Part shown: one piece after another, positions 9,471 to 18,655 of the stretch
Position numbering within the stretch: position 1 is the stretch's first letter
Layout of the letters: each line of letters begins with the position of its first letter
DNA from: Methylophilaceae bacterium
Lineage (GTDB): Bacteria; Pseudomonadota; Gammaproteobacteria; Burkholderiales; Methylophilaceae
DNA length: 64,000 nucleotides
Assembly: GCA_017857755.1 (NCBI GenBank)
Contig: JAFMCM010000001.1
Coordinates: 25,121-89,120, forward strand
Reading direction: 5' to 3'
The notes under the pieces: generated by a model
The model's database searches: none
Seen by the model: the letters and a program-made list of their open reading frames with translations, nothing else
What the model was told of the DNA's origin: nothing
Translations under genes and position numbers: made by a program

Positions 9471-10235
9471 CTATCGTGTTTTACTTATTTTTTCTGATTT
9501 TTGTTGTGGTCTAGGAATATAAGATATTCCTTTTAATACGAGTTTTAATGCATGCCAATGAATCATGACAATTGCCTTAACTGTAATTAACGGATAACGC
9601 CAAAAAACCTGCCGCAAACTCGATTTAGTTAAAGTTTGAAGCTTGCCGTTTAATGCAGTGACCAACTGTTTATCTCCATTTCCATTAAAAAAAAGAATCT
9701 GAACATTAAACACATCGTCATGAATATCAAACCGAAATTGATACTGGCCCTCCCGCTCTAGAAACGGTGACACATGAAATATTTTATCAGCCGTCAATAC
9801 GTGGTCAGGGCCTATCGCATCATGGTTTTGATGGGTGCACAAGTAAGTATGACGCTCACCAAAAGTATTATGCACTTCGCATAGAATGGCGCGCACTTGT
9901 CCTGCTTTGTCCTGACACAACCAGAAACTGACTGGATTAAATACGTAGTTGAATACGCGTGGCATACAAACCAGAGTAATCTCACCATCCGCTTCTATAG
10001 CGTTTTGGGTCAGGATATCACGAGCCCAGACTGCTAACGAACTGCCATCACAGGGACCATGATCTTTATCAAAAAAACTCAATGGCGCAAAACGATTGTA
10101 TGCTAACGACATAGCCTTCAATTGTGATAATGGTATTGCAAGATAATAAATACCATATTGAAATACGTGCTTTTTGGGAATCAACCGCTGATGCATGACT
10201 GTACCCGTTAATAGCCGAGCGTCTGCTATTCCCAT
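9471..10235 (-). CDS. DUF1365 family protein
   Basis: GTVMHQRLIPKKHVFQYGIYYLAIPLSQL is a typical DUF1365 N-terminus. It sits in the conserved position between the FAD oxidoreductase and the CFA-synthase-like gene. Confidence 0.7.
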   Translation of the reverse strand: MGIADARLLTGTVMHQRLIPKKHVFQYGIYYLAIPLSQLKAMSLAYNRFAPLSFFDKDHGPCDGSSLAVWARDILTQNAIEADGEITLVCMPRVFNYVFNPVSFWLCQDKAGQVRAILCEVHNTFGERHTYLCTHQNHDAIGPDHVLTADKIFHVSPFLEREGQYQFRFDIHDDVFNVQILFFNGNGDKQLVTALNGKLQTLTKSSLRQVFWRYPLITVKAIVMIHWHALKLVLKGISYIPRPQQKSEKISKTR

Positions 10236-11473
10236 GGAATACTGCCTCCTAGCGCTTTGACAACATTGACCGCACTTAATAAGCCATCTTCATGAAAGCC
10301 GTACCGCTGGTACGCACCGCAGAACCAGAAATTTCGCTTGCCTTGTATGCGCTGAATTTTAGATTGAGAAACAATTGCATGATAGTCAAAGATAGGGTGC
10401 GTAAAGTGATGTTCATCAATAATTAACGCCTCTTTAGGTCTTCGAGCCGGATTCAAGGTAATAATAATTGGAATCTTGGTATCAAGGCTTTGCAAGTTAT
10501 TCATCCAATAACTCAATGACACTCCATTACTTTTATCTTCCTGTTGTTCCGACAAATACACCCAGCTTGCCCAACATTGTTGATGTTGTGGCATAAAACT
10601 TACGTCAGAATGAACAATGATTTGATTACTTTGGTATTTAAAATGACTCAAAATATCGGCTTCGTCTGCTGAGGGCTGCGCCATCATTTGCAATGCCTCA
10701 TCGGCATGACATGCAAAAATCACATGATCAAAAGCTTGTGTGTCGCCATGCTGGTCCGTTACTTGAATCTCATCATCTTGATGTACCACTGATACTGCAC
10801 CATTATTTAATCGAATTTGCGCTTCAAAGCTTTGTATTAACCGCGACTTGTACTCACGGCTACCACCAGTAACGGTATACCATTGTGGTCGATGATTAAT
10901 GCTAAGCAAGCCATGATTTTTAAAAAAACGTAAAAACGTTTGAGCAGGAAACTGCATGATCGTCTCGACTGGGCAACTCCAAATAGCCGCACCCATCGCA
11001 AGGATATAGTAACGCTTGAACCAGGTGCCCATGTTCAATTTTTCTAAACAATCACCAAGACTAATCGATGGGTCTCGATCAATGTAAGCAAGCGCTTGTT
11101 TATTGAACTTAAACACGTCAAATAACATACGCCAATATTGCGGGCGAATCAGATTGCTACGCTGGGCAAATAAACCACCAGAGCTGTATTCTAACCAGCC
11201 TTGATTAATGCTAACACCAAAGGACATATCACTCTTCTGATAAGGCACTTTAAGGTGGTCAAAAAGACCGAACAAATGTGGATAGTTCCAATCATTAAAT
11301 ACAATAAAGCCAGTATCAACAGGCAAAACGCCGTGCTCAACAGGGACCTCAATTGTGCGGCTATGTCCGCCCACGTATGCATTCTTTTCGTAAACCACTA
11401 ATTCGTGCTCATGCTGCAGTAAGTAGGCTGCACCTAAGCCAGATATACCTGTACCAATGATTGCTATTCTCAT
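10226..11473 (-). CDS. FAD/NAD(P)-binding amine-oxidase-like oxidoreductase
   Basis: N-terminal dinucleotide fold MRIAIIGTGISGLGAAYLL...VYEKNAYVGGH. It overlaps the DUF1365 gene by 10 nt. Confidence 0.8.
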   Translation of the reverse strand: MRIAIIGTGISGLGAAYLLQHEHELVVYEKNAYVGGHSRTIEVPVEHGVLPVDTGFIVFNDWNYPHLFGLFDHLKVPYQKSDMSFGVSINQGWLEYSSGGLFAQRSNLIRPQYWRMLFDVFKFNKQALAYIDRDPSISLGDCLEKLNMGTWFKRYYILAMGAAIWSCPVETIMQFPAQTFLRFFKNHGLLSINHRPQWYTVTGGSREYKSRLIQSFEAQIRLNNGAVSVVHQDDEIQVTDQHGDTQAFDHVIFACHADEALQMMAQPSADEADILSHFKYQSNQIIVHSDVSFMPQHQQCWASWVYLSEQQEDKSNGVSLSYWMNNLQSLDTKIPIIITLNPARRPKEALIIDEHHFTHPIFDYHAIVSQSKIQRIQGKRNFWFCGAYQRYGFHEDGLLSAVNVVKALGGSIPWE

Positions 11474-11519
11474 TTTGACACTATGACAAGGAATGAGTTA
11501 CCAAGCAATGGCTTCAACA

Positions 11520-12851
11520 TTATATTTTTGTAATAATACGTGTAATAAAGCGCAAGCCCTTACTTGAGCGCTCCAACACCAACGAGGCATTGTGCAAGTC
11601 AAACACCACCTTGACTAAACTTAAGCCTAAACCAGTACCCGATGTGGAACGACTGACATCAGCCCGATAAAAGCGTTGAAAAATCTTATCCAAATCTGGT
11701 GTTGGCACGCCACCACCCGTATCTTCTATCACAACGACAGACCATTCATCCTCGCTATGCATACGAATAGAAACGCGACCATGCTCAGGTGTATACTTAA
11801 TTGCATTATCAATGATATTGGCATAGGCCTGAAACAACAAATCTTTATCACCAAAGCAAGTTAAATTAAGCAATCTTTGTTGAATGCTAATGTGCTTAAT
11901 TTCTGCCAGTGGCTCATACAATGCAATAACATCTTCAATAAGCGTCCGAAAATCTAAAGCTTGAAAATGTTCTCGTTTTTTTTCGGTTTCAATACGAGAA
12001 ATCCTTAGCAAGGCATTAAAAGTATTGAGTAAGCGGTCTGCTTCATCCAGCAAAGCCTGACCCTCAACAGTATCAGCACCTTTATTTGCGGCTTCAATGT
12101 GATTGCGTAAGCGGGTTAATGGCGTACGCAAATCATGTGCGATATTATCCGCCATTTGATGAAGACCTCCCATTAAGACTTCTATTCGGTCTAGCATTAA
12201 ATTAAGGGTATTCGTCATTTTTCCGAAATCATCCCAATGCGAACTGATTGCTAAACGTTTGGATAAATCACCAGTATCCATAATCTTCTGCGCTGTGGTT
12301 GCAATTTTATTGGTGCCGCTTGCAACAAATACACTAATCATATAGCTGACTAAAACAACGATAATAATCAGGGTAATACTGATAATGGTTAGCCATTGCA
12401 TCAACCGAAACTCTCGTTTCGTTTCAGTAATATCTATCCCTACTAAGAGTTTATGCTGGTCCTCAAAAGTATGAATTTTAGCCGCGTAAGTTCGACGCGA
12501 GATAGGGTGTTCAAATAGAATAACACCCTCTTTTAATCGCTCAACTTTGCCTGATAACAAAGCGGGAATTTCGCCATTCGGACCGAAAGGAACGAACAAT
12601 CGCCCCATCACTTGATGCTGCACTATAGTGTCAACTAACGGTAGCTTATTCAGCGAGGATGATGGTGTGAGATGCCTAATCTCCGTATCAATCACTTCTT
12701 CTGCGCCATGGATAAAGTGTCCTCGTTCAAAGAAATATCCAAAATATCCTAGAATAGAGAGCGACAAGCCACATAACAGAGTAAAAAGCAATGCCATTTT
12801 AAAGCTCGAGCTTTTAGCATAACTCTGCTTGCCCGTTAAAAGCCTAGTCAT
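11520..12851 (-). CDS. Sensor histidine kinase (2 TM, HAMP, HisKA, HATPase)
   Basis: H-box AHDLRTPLTRL, N-box IIDNAIKYT and G-boxes DTGGGV and GTGLGLSLV. It overlaps the response regulator stop by 8 nt. Confidence 0.85.
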   Translation of the reverse strand: MTRLLTGKQSYAKSSSFKMALLFTLLCGLSLSILGYFGYFFERGHFIHGAEEVIDTEIRHLTPSSSLNKLPLVDTIVQHQVMGRLFVPFGPNGEIPALLSGKVERLKEGVILFEHPISRRTYAAKIHTFEDQHKLLVGIDITETKREFRLMQWLTIISITLIIIVVLVSYMISVFVASGTNKIATTAQKIMDTGDLSKRLAISSHWDDFGKMTNTLNLMLDRIEVLMGGLHQMADNIAHDLRTPLTRLRNHIEAANKGADTVEGQALLDEADRLLNTFNALLRISRIETEKKREHFQALDFRTLIEDVIALYEPLAEIKHISIQQRLLNLTCFGDKDLLFQAYANIIDNAIKYTPEHGRVSIRMHSEDEWSVVVIEDTGGGVPTPDLDKIFQRFYRADVSRSTSGTGLGLSLVKVVFDLHNASLVLERSSKGLRFITRIITKI

Positions 12852-13521
12852 TGGCTTCTACGATGTACCCTGCACCACGCACCGTTTGAATAATTGGCAC
12901 ATCAAAGCCTTTATCAATCTTGCCGCGTAATCGGCTGATATGAACATCAATCACATTGGTTTGTGGGTCGAAATGATAATCCCACACATTTTCAAGTATC
13001 ATGGTGCGCGTCACCACCTGATTTTTGTGCTTTACCAAATATTCAAGCAAGCTAAACTCTCTGGTTTGTAACGCTATTAATTGACCGCCTCGCCTGACTT
13101 TACGCGCCAATAAATCCACTTCTAAATCGCCTACAAGCAATTTTTCAGGAAACTTCTGCTGATATTGGCGCCGGGCCAAAACTTCTATCCGTGCTAACAA
13201 CTCACTGAATGCAAAAGGCTTGACCAGATAATCATCACCACCAGCACGTAAGCCGTCAACGCGGTCATTTACATCACCCAAAGCGCTTAAAATTAATGTC
13301 GGCACAACTTTTTCTAATGCGCGTAATGTTTTAATAATGGCTAAACCATCTAATTGTGGCAACATTCTATCTACAATCAGAACATCATAAGACTCTGTAG
13401 TGGCGAGCAATAAACCATCTTTACCGTTTTCTGCAATATCGACTTGATGCCGCGCCTCTTTCAAGCCTTTAGCAATAAAGCCAGATACTTCTTGGTCATC
13501 TTCAATCATTAATATTCGCAT
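12844..13521 (-). CDS. OmpR-family response regulator
   Basis: MRILMIEDDQEV...VLIVDRMLPQLDG receiver domain plus a winged-helix C-terminus (IQTVRGAGY). The N-terminal extension in the ORF track (13522-13581) looks spurious. Confidence 0.9.
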   Translation of the reverse strand: MRILMIEDDQEVSGFIAKGLKEARHQVDIAENGKDGLLLATTESYDVLIVDRMLPQLDGLAIIKTLRALEKVVPTLILSALGDVNDRVDGLRAGGDDYLVKPFAFSELLARIEVLARRQYQQKFPEKLLVGDLEVDLLARKVRRGGQLIALQTREFSLLEYLVKHKNQVVTRTMILENVWDYHFDPQTNVIDVHISRLRGKIDKGFDVPIIQTVRGAGYIVEAND

Positions 13522-13619
13522 CATCACTGCATACATGTTGATAAAATTAGGTGGGTAATATTCTTCATCTTCATCGCGCATTTTACACTGACCACCATTT
13601 TTTTGGATACTGTGAGAGC

Positions 13620-13631
13620 ATCTAAACTAAC
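13620..13631 (+). repeat. First copy of the 12-nt direct repeat ATCTAAACTAAC
   Basis: An exact second copy lies at 13749-13760, both in the response-regulator/prfC intergenic region. Confidence 0.85.
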
Positions 13632-13748
13632 GCGCAAAACCATCCCATGTGATGTTTCATAAAAACTGATGTCCAATAAAGTCATTACCCACGGACTGCA
13701 CAATCAAATCAACTTGTAATCGGTTACAATAACGGCTTTGAAATTGCT

Positions 13749-13760
13749 ATCTAAACTAAC
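13749..13760 (+). repeat. Second copy of ATCTAAACTAAC, ending 3 nt before the prfC ATG
   Basis: Exact match to 13620-13631. Confidence 0.85.
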
Positions 13761-13763
13761 CCC

Positions 13764-15338
13764 ATGTTATCGTTAAAACAAGAAATCACCCGTCGTCGTA
13801 CCTTTGCCATTATCTCTCACCCAGATGCAGGTAAAACCACGCTCACTGAAAAACTATTATGGTTTGGTGGTGCGATTCAAGTAGCGGGTGAAGTGCGCGG
13901 TCGTAAGGCTGCCCGTCATGCAACTTCTGATTGGATGGAGCTAGAAAAGCAACGTGGTATTTCGGTCACATCTTCTGTGATGCAATTTCCTTATCGTGAG
14001 CATATGATTAATTTGCTCGACACCCCAGGTCATGATGACTTCTCTGAAGACACCTACCGTACGCTTACCGCAGTTGATTCTGCAGTGATGGTCATTGACG
14101 CTGTCAATGGTGTTGAAGCGCAAACCATTAAATTGCTAAATGTATGTCGCATGCGAGACACACCGATTATTAGCTTTATTAACAAGCTAGACCGTGAGAG
14201 CCGTGAACCAATTGAATTACTAGATGAAATTGAAACTACACTAGGCATGGAATGTGCGCCGATGACCTGGCCAATTGGTATGGGTAAAACGTTCCGTGGC
14301 GTGTATAGCTTGGTCAATGATAATATTTTCTTCTTTGACCCACGAGCTGAAAAAGGCACATCAGAAGTCATTCAAGGTTTAGATAACCCACGGTTAGATA
14401 CCTTACTTGGTTCGCAAGCTGCTGATTTAAGAATCGATGTTGAACTAGTCCGCGGCGCATCACATAGCTTTGATAAAGCGCGCTATTTAAGCGGTCAACA
14501 AACACCTGTTTATTTTGGTTCGGCAGTCAATAACTTTGGTGTGCAATCATTGCTCGACGCCGTTGTTGATTTATCACCAACGCCGCAAGCAAGACAGACT
14601 GCAACACGTGAAGTTGCTGCAGATGAAGATAAGTTTTCAGGCTTTGTATTTAAAATACAAGCTAATATGGATCCTAAGCATCGTGATAGGATTGCTTTTT
14701 TACGTTTATGCTCAGGTAAGTTTGAACGTGGCATGAAAGTCAAGCAAGTGGCCACAGGTAAAACCATGAGTGTGAATAACGCCATTACTTTTATGGCACA
14801 AGACCGCTCTATTATGGACGAAGCGTATTCTGGCGATATTATTGGCATCCCCAATCACGGCACGATCAAATTGGGAGACACTTTTACTGCAAATGAATCG
14901 TTGAAATTCACTGGCATCCCATCATTTGCACCTGAATTTTTCAGACGTGCGCGCATTCAAAACCCAATGAAAATGAAGCAACTTCAAATCGGACTAAAGC
15001 AACTAGCAGAAGAAGGTGCAGCACAATTATTCCGTCCATTGTTAACTAATGACTTAGTGCTTGGTGCAGTCGGCATGTTGCAGTTTGAAGTTGTTTTACA
15101 CCGTTTGCAACATGAATATGGCGTTGAGATGCTTTTTGAGCCCTACGACTGTTACACCGTGCGCTGGCTGCATGGCTCCGATACCGATTTAAAAGCCATT
15201 GCCGATAAATACGGTTTTAATGTAGGCCTAGACGGAGCAGATGATTACGTCTATTTGGCACCAAATCGCGTCAATCTACAAATGGCACAAGAACGATATC
15301 CCGACATTACCTTTGCTGAAACGCGTGAAATTGCTTAA
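13764..15338 (+). CDS. prfC: Peptide chain release factor 3
   Basis: GTPase motifs [26 protein letters not shown] and NKLD. The 524-aa length is typical of RF3. Confidence 0.95.
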   Translation: MLSLKQEITRRRTFAIISHPDAGKTTLTEKLLWFGGAIQVAGEVRGRKAARHATSDWMELEKQRGISVTSSVMQFPYREHMINLLDTPGHDDFSEDTYRTLTAVDSAVMVIDAVNGVEAQTIKLLNVCRMRDTPIISFINKLDRESREPIELLDEIETTLGMECAPMTWPIGMGKTFRGVYSLVNDNIFFFDPRAEKGTSEVIQGLDNPRLDTLLGSQAADLRIDVELVRGASHSFDKARYLSGQQTPVYFGSAVNNFGVQSLLDAVVDLSPTPQARQTATREVAADEDKFSGFVFKIQANMDPKHRDRIAFLRLCSGKFERGMKVKQVATGKTMSVNNAITFMAQDRSIMDEAYSGDIIGIPNHGTIKLGDTFTANESLKFTGIPSFAPEFFRRARIQNPMKMKQLQIGLKQLAEEGAAQLFRPLLTNDLVLGAVGMLQFEVVLHRLQHEYGVEMLFEPYDCYTVRWLHGSDTDLKAIADKYGFNVGLDGADDYVYLAPNRVNLQMAQERYPDITFAETREIA

Positions 15339-15719
15339 ATGTTAACGGAACCATGCCCTTGTGAATCGGGACAGTCTTACCAAACATGCTGTTATCCGTT
15401 GCATGAAGGTGCGCTAGCAAACAATGCTACAACACTCATGCGCTCACGCTACACGGCTTATGTATTCAGCTTAGCGCAATATCTATTAGATACTTGGCAC
15501 ATTGACACCCGCCCTGATAAGCTTAACTTAGAAGAGGATGCGATAACAAAATGGCTGGGGTTAAGTATAAAACGTTTCGAACAACCCAGTGACACGTCCG
15601 CAATCGTCGAATTTGTCGCTCGTTATAAAATCGGTGGACAAAAAGCAGAGCGCCTACATGAAGTCAGTCAGTTTATACTCACCGACCGTTGGTATTATGT
15701 GTCTGGCGAGCTTAAATAG
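15339..15719 (+). CDS. ychJ: YchJ-like SEC-C motif protein (UPF0225)
   Basis: N-terminal CPCESGQSYQTCC SEC-C metal-binding motif, then LMRSRYTAYV and WYYVSG motifs as in E. coli YchJ. It starts immediately after the prfC stop. A C-terminal second SEC-C motif is absent. Confidence 0.7.
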   Translation: MLTEPCPCESGQSYQTCCYPLHEGALANNATTLMRSRYTAYVFSLAQYLLDTWHIDTRPDKLNLEEDAITKWLGLSIKRFEQPSDTSAIVEFVARYKIGGQKAERLHEVSQFILTDRWYYVSGELK

Positions 15720-17149
15720 CGACTGCTTGGAAACGTCAAACTCACACTAAAGCCAATAGGTTGAATGTTGCGTGCAATTACTTGTCCGCCATGGGCTTGC
15801 ACAACTTGTTTAGTGATTGCCAAACCAATGCCATGACCAACCACTTGACTGCCTGACTGCGCTCTAACAAAAGGCTTAAAAATATCTTCAAGCTCACCGG
15901 CTAGCACACCTGGTCCTTGATCGCGAATTTCAATTGTTAAAAATTGATGCTTTTCATTAACCTGACAAACAACATTAACGATGGACTGTTGAGGTCCATA
16001 TTTAATGGCATTCCGAACCACATTTTCAATAGCGCGATGTATTAAATCTGGCTGGCCTTTAAATTCAATTGATAGCCCAGCATCACTGACAATCTGAATT
16101 TGTTTTTTTGACGCTTCAAAATTGGCATCTTCAACAATCATTTTAATCATATCGCTTAACGAGAAATGCTCATCCGAAATTTCAACCATTCCCGATTCAA
16201 ACCGAGAAAGCTCTAATAGCTCACCGATTAACTTGTCCATACGCCCTGCCTCAAGCTCTATACGGTTGAGCGCATCATTAATTTTCCCAGGATTCTGAAC
16301 TGCTAATCCAAGTGCCATTTGCATTCGTGCTAATGGCGAGCGTAGCTCATGCGAGACATGATGTAACAAACGCGACTGCCCTTGCATCAAGGTGCTAAGT
16401 CGTTTTGCCATGTAGTCAAAATGCTGACCTAAATCAGACAACGCGTCGTGACGAGATCCCATTTTATCGGCCACAGTGACATTCAAATCGCCTTCAGCCG
16501 CTTGTTTAAAAGCAAGTCGTAAACTTTGGATTGGCTTAGAGAAATACCATGCCAACATAGCCGCAAACAATGCACTAGCAAAAAAAGCAATCAGTAACAC
16601 TTTCAAAGGAAAGCTTTTGATGGTTCCAAGTAGTGGATGCAATCGAGTCAATGGAAAGTCATACTTTGAAGCATGTTTAAAAGCATGAGACGCCAGCTTA
16701 TGCTGATGTGACGATGAGTGACCGTGCTTCTTAGATTTTTTGTCGGCCTGGCTTGTCGCAACAAAGATTAGATAAGCTTCGCCATCGCTGTTAACACTTG
16801 CGATAGACGTATTTGTTGCCATCTTTGCCGTTTTAGTCGCTTTAATGATTAAGTCAGGTGAGATTGTTCTGTTTAATAAATCCTGACCATTGCTGTCGAC
16901 TACATAAACATGATGCTTTAAATGTTGTGATTCCCAACGCTGTAGTAATTGCCTTAAGCCATCTGCGCCACCAAATTGCAAAGTAGATTGTGCTGCATCG
17001 ACTAAACTTTGAGACACAGGTGATAAATCAATACGCTCGCGTCTGGCTTTGTCATTTGCATTTAATTGAATAAAAGCACCGACAGCCAAGGCCGTCGTTA
17101 ACTGCGCAATAAACAAGAAAAGGAAAAACTTCCAGAATAGTCTTCCCAT
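15695..17149 (-). CDS. cpxA: Envelope-stress sensor histidine kinase, CpxA-like
   Basis: It has 2 TM helices, a HAMP domain, the H-box VSHELRSPLARMQ and the HATPase motifs VRNAIKY, DQGPGV and GHGIGLAI. It lies directly downstream of a clear CpxR orthologue. The periplasmic domain ends in the His-rich KKHGHSSSHQHKLASHAFKH. Confidence 0.8.
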   Translation of the reverse strand: MGRLFWKFFLFLFIAQLTTALAVGAFIQLNANDKARRERIDLSPVSQSLVDAAQSTLQFGGADGLRQLLQRWESQHLKHHVYVVDSNGQDLLNRTISPDLIIKATKTAKMATNTSIASVNSDGEAYLIFVATSQADKKSKKHGHSSSHQHKLASHAFKHASKYDFPLTRLHPLLGTIKSFPLKVLLIAFFASALFAAMLAWYFSKPIQSLRLAFKQAAEGDLNVTVADKMGSRHDALSDLGQHFDYMAKRLSTLMQGQSRLLHHVSHELRSPLARMQMALGLAVQNPGKINDALNRIELEAGRMDKLIGELLELSRFESGMVEISDEHFSLSDMIKMIVEDANFEASKKQIQIVSDAGLSIEFKGQPDLIHRAIENVVRNAIKYGPQQSIVNVVCQVNEKHQFLTIEIRDQGPGVLAGELEDIFKPFVRAQSGSQVVGHGIGLAITKQVVQAHGGQVIARNIQPIGFSVSLTFPSSRYLSSPDT

Positions 17150-17151
17150 GA

Positions 17152-17841
17152 TTATGCGCTAATCAACTGATACCCTTTGCGGTATACCGTTTGGATTAAA
17201 TTCGGATTTGCTGAGCACTGTGTAATCTTCTGCCTGAGACTGCTGATATGCACATCGATACTGCGATCAAATTTCGCTAGCGGCCTACCTAAAGCTTGTA
17301 AGGAAAGTTCTTCTTTTAAAACAACCTGACCTGCATGACGCGCCAAAGCTTCTAATAGATTAAATTCGGTACTCGTTAAATCTAAGCGATTTGTTTGAAA
17401 AGTAGCAATCCGCTGAGCAGAATTGATGATGAAATCACCGATAACCAGCTCTGTTGCGTCCGTAAAGGCAGAAAAGCCTGATTGCACTCTTTTCAAAATA
17501 GCGCGAATACGCGCAACTAATTCTCGTGGTGTACAAGGTTTGGGCACATAATCATCTGCACCTAATTCCAAACCTATAATTTTGTCATTATTATCACCTT
17601 TGGCAGTTAGCATGATGACGGGGATGGCACTACTCGCGCGAATATTTTTTAATGTCTGAATACCATCTTGCATGGGCATCATGACATCTAACACCATTAA
17701 ATCAAAATGACTCGCCAGTAAGTATTGCTCAGCGGAAATGCCATCATGAGCAACGGTGACATCGAAACCTTCTTGTTGTAAAAACTCTCTTAACATACCA
17801 ACAAGCTCTACATCGTCATCAATTAATAATAATTTACTCAC
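17152..17841 (-). CDS. cpxR: Response regulator CpxR
   Basis: Strong similarity to my recollection of E. coli CpxR: VAHDG, LDVMMP, PVIMLTAKG, GLELGADDYVPKP and RELVARIRAILKR. Confidence 0.85.
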   Translation of the reverse strand: MSKLLLIDDDVELVGMLREFLQQEGFDVTVAHDGISAEQYLLASHFDLMVLDVMMPMQDGIQTLKNIRASSAIPVIMLTAKGDNNDKIIGLELGADDYVPKPCTPRELVARIRAILKRVQSGFSAFTDATELVIGDFIINSAQRIATFQTNRLDLTSTEFNLLEALARHAGQVVLKEELSLQALGRPLAKFDRSIDVHISSLRQKITQCSANPNLIQTVYRKGYQLISA

Positions 17842-17916
17842 AACGTCTCATTTACATTCAATATGCACCCAATCATAGCGATTAAATAAATCGTCAACAA
17901 GGACTCCCTAGCTGCC

Positions 17917-17931
17917 TTTACCTAACTTTAC
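17917..17931 (-). promoter_or_regulatory. Perfect CpxR box GTAAA-N5-GTAAA (reads TTTACctaacTTTAC on the + strand)
   Basis: Exact match to the E. coli CpxR consensus. It lies in the cpxR/cpxP-like divergent intergenic region. Confidence 0.55.
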
Positions 17932-17956
17932 ATCCCGCCCTTAATCTCACCTAATC

Positions 17957-17971
17957 TTTACATTCTTTTAC
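17957..17971 (-). promoter_or_regulatory. Second perfect CpxR box (reads TTTACattctTTTAC on the + strand)
   Basis: Exact consensus, 40 bp from the first box (start to start), about 95 bp upstream of the cpxP-like ATG. Confidence 0.55.
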
Positions 17972-18064
17972 AACACCTTAACAGCACTTAACAATAAAAC
18001 CATCAAACTATAACTGTCTTAAATCAAGACGAATAATTGCAAATACAACATGAAAGGCAATCAT

Positions 18065-18562
18065 ATGAAAACAGTATTTAAACCATTATTAGCAGCAACT
18101 GTACTCAGCTTGTCAATGGCAAGCGTAGCAATGGCAAAATCAAGCCACGAACATAAAACACATCACTGCAAACAAAAAGAAGCGCATGTTTACCATCACA
18201 AAGACATGCTACTACCGCATCGTCCATCTTTTTTAAAAGGCATAGACCTGACTGAAACCCAAAAAGATCAACTGTTCGAGTTAAGACACAGCGAAATACC
18301 AAAAATGCGTGCTCAAATAAAAGAACGACATCAACTAAAAAAAGAATTAATGCAATTATCTGAGAATTACTCTGAAGCAAATGCAAAAACGATTGCTGAT
18401 AAATTAGCAAGCATTGAACGTGATGCCGTATTAGCTAGAGCACATCATCATCAACAAGTATTCAGCATATTAACACCAACACAAAGAAAACAAGCAACTG
18501 AAAATATTGAGAATATTAAAAAACACGATGAGGCTAAAACTGCATATGAAAACGCGTCATAG
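18065..18562 (+). CDS. Periplasmic CpxP/Spy/ZraP-family protein with a His-rich N-terminus
   Basis: Signal peptide MKTVFKPLLAATVLSLSMASVAMA and two LTxxQ motifs (LTETQKDQL, LTPTQRKQ). It is divergent from cpxRA. I placed the start at the ATG at 18065, which follows an AAGG Shine-Dalgarno. Confidence 0.75.
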   Translation: MKTVFKPLLAATVLSLSMASVAMAKSSHEHKTHHCKQKEAHVYHHKDMLLPHRPSFLKGIDLTETQKDQLFELRHSEIPKMRAQIKERHQLKKELMQLSENYSEANAKTIADKLASIERDAVLARAHHHQQVFSILTPTQRKQATENIENIKKHDEAKTAYENAS

Positions 18563-18613
18563 TCAACACTGATGGACTATAGCGATATAAAGACAATCTC
18601 GTTAATATAAAAT

Positions 18614-18638
18614 AAAAGGCCACGCAATGTGGCCTTTT
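18614..18638. terminator. Bidirectional rho-independent terminator (AAAAGGCCAC-GCAAT-GTGGCCTTTT)
   Basis: A perfect stem flanked by A4 and T4, between two convergent genes. Confidence 0.7.
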
Positions 18639-18655
18639 GCTTACCAGACGTTGCA

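Noticed and set aside
13522-13581. N-terminal extensions in the ORF track (this one on the response regulator; similar cases at 42261-42335 on mscS, 46497-46526 on rpiA, 55771-55785 on sulP, 1495-1509 on acs and 31360-31395 on the Cys-rich protein)
   Set aside because: Family-typical N-termini and Shine-Dalgarno sequences support the downstream ATG starts. The extensions begin at TTG or GTG codons or lack ribosome-binding sites.
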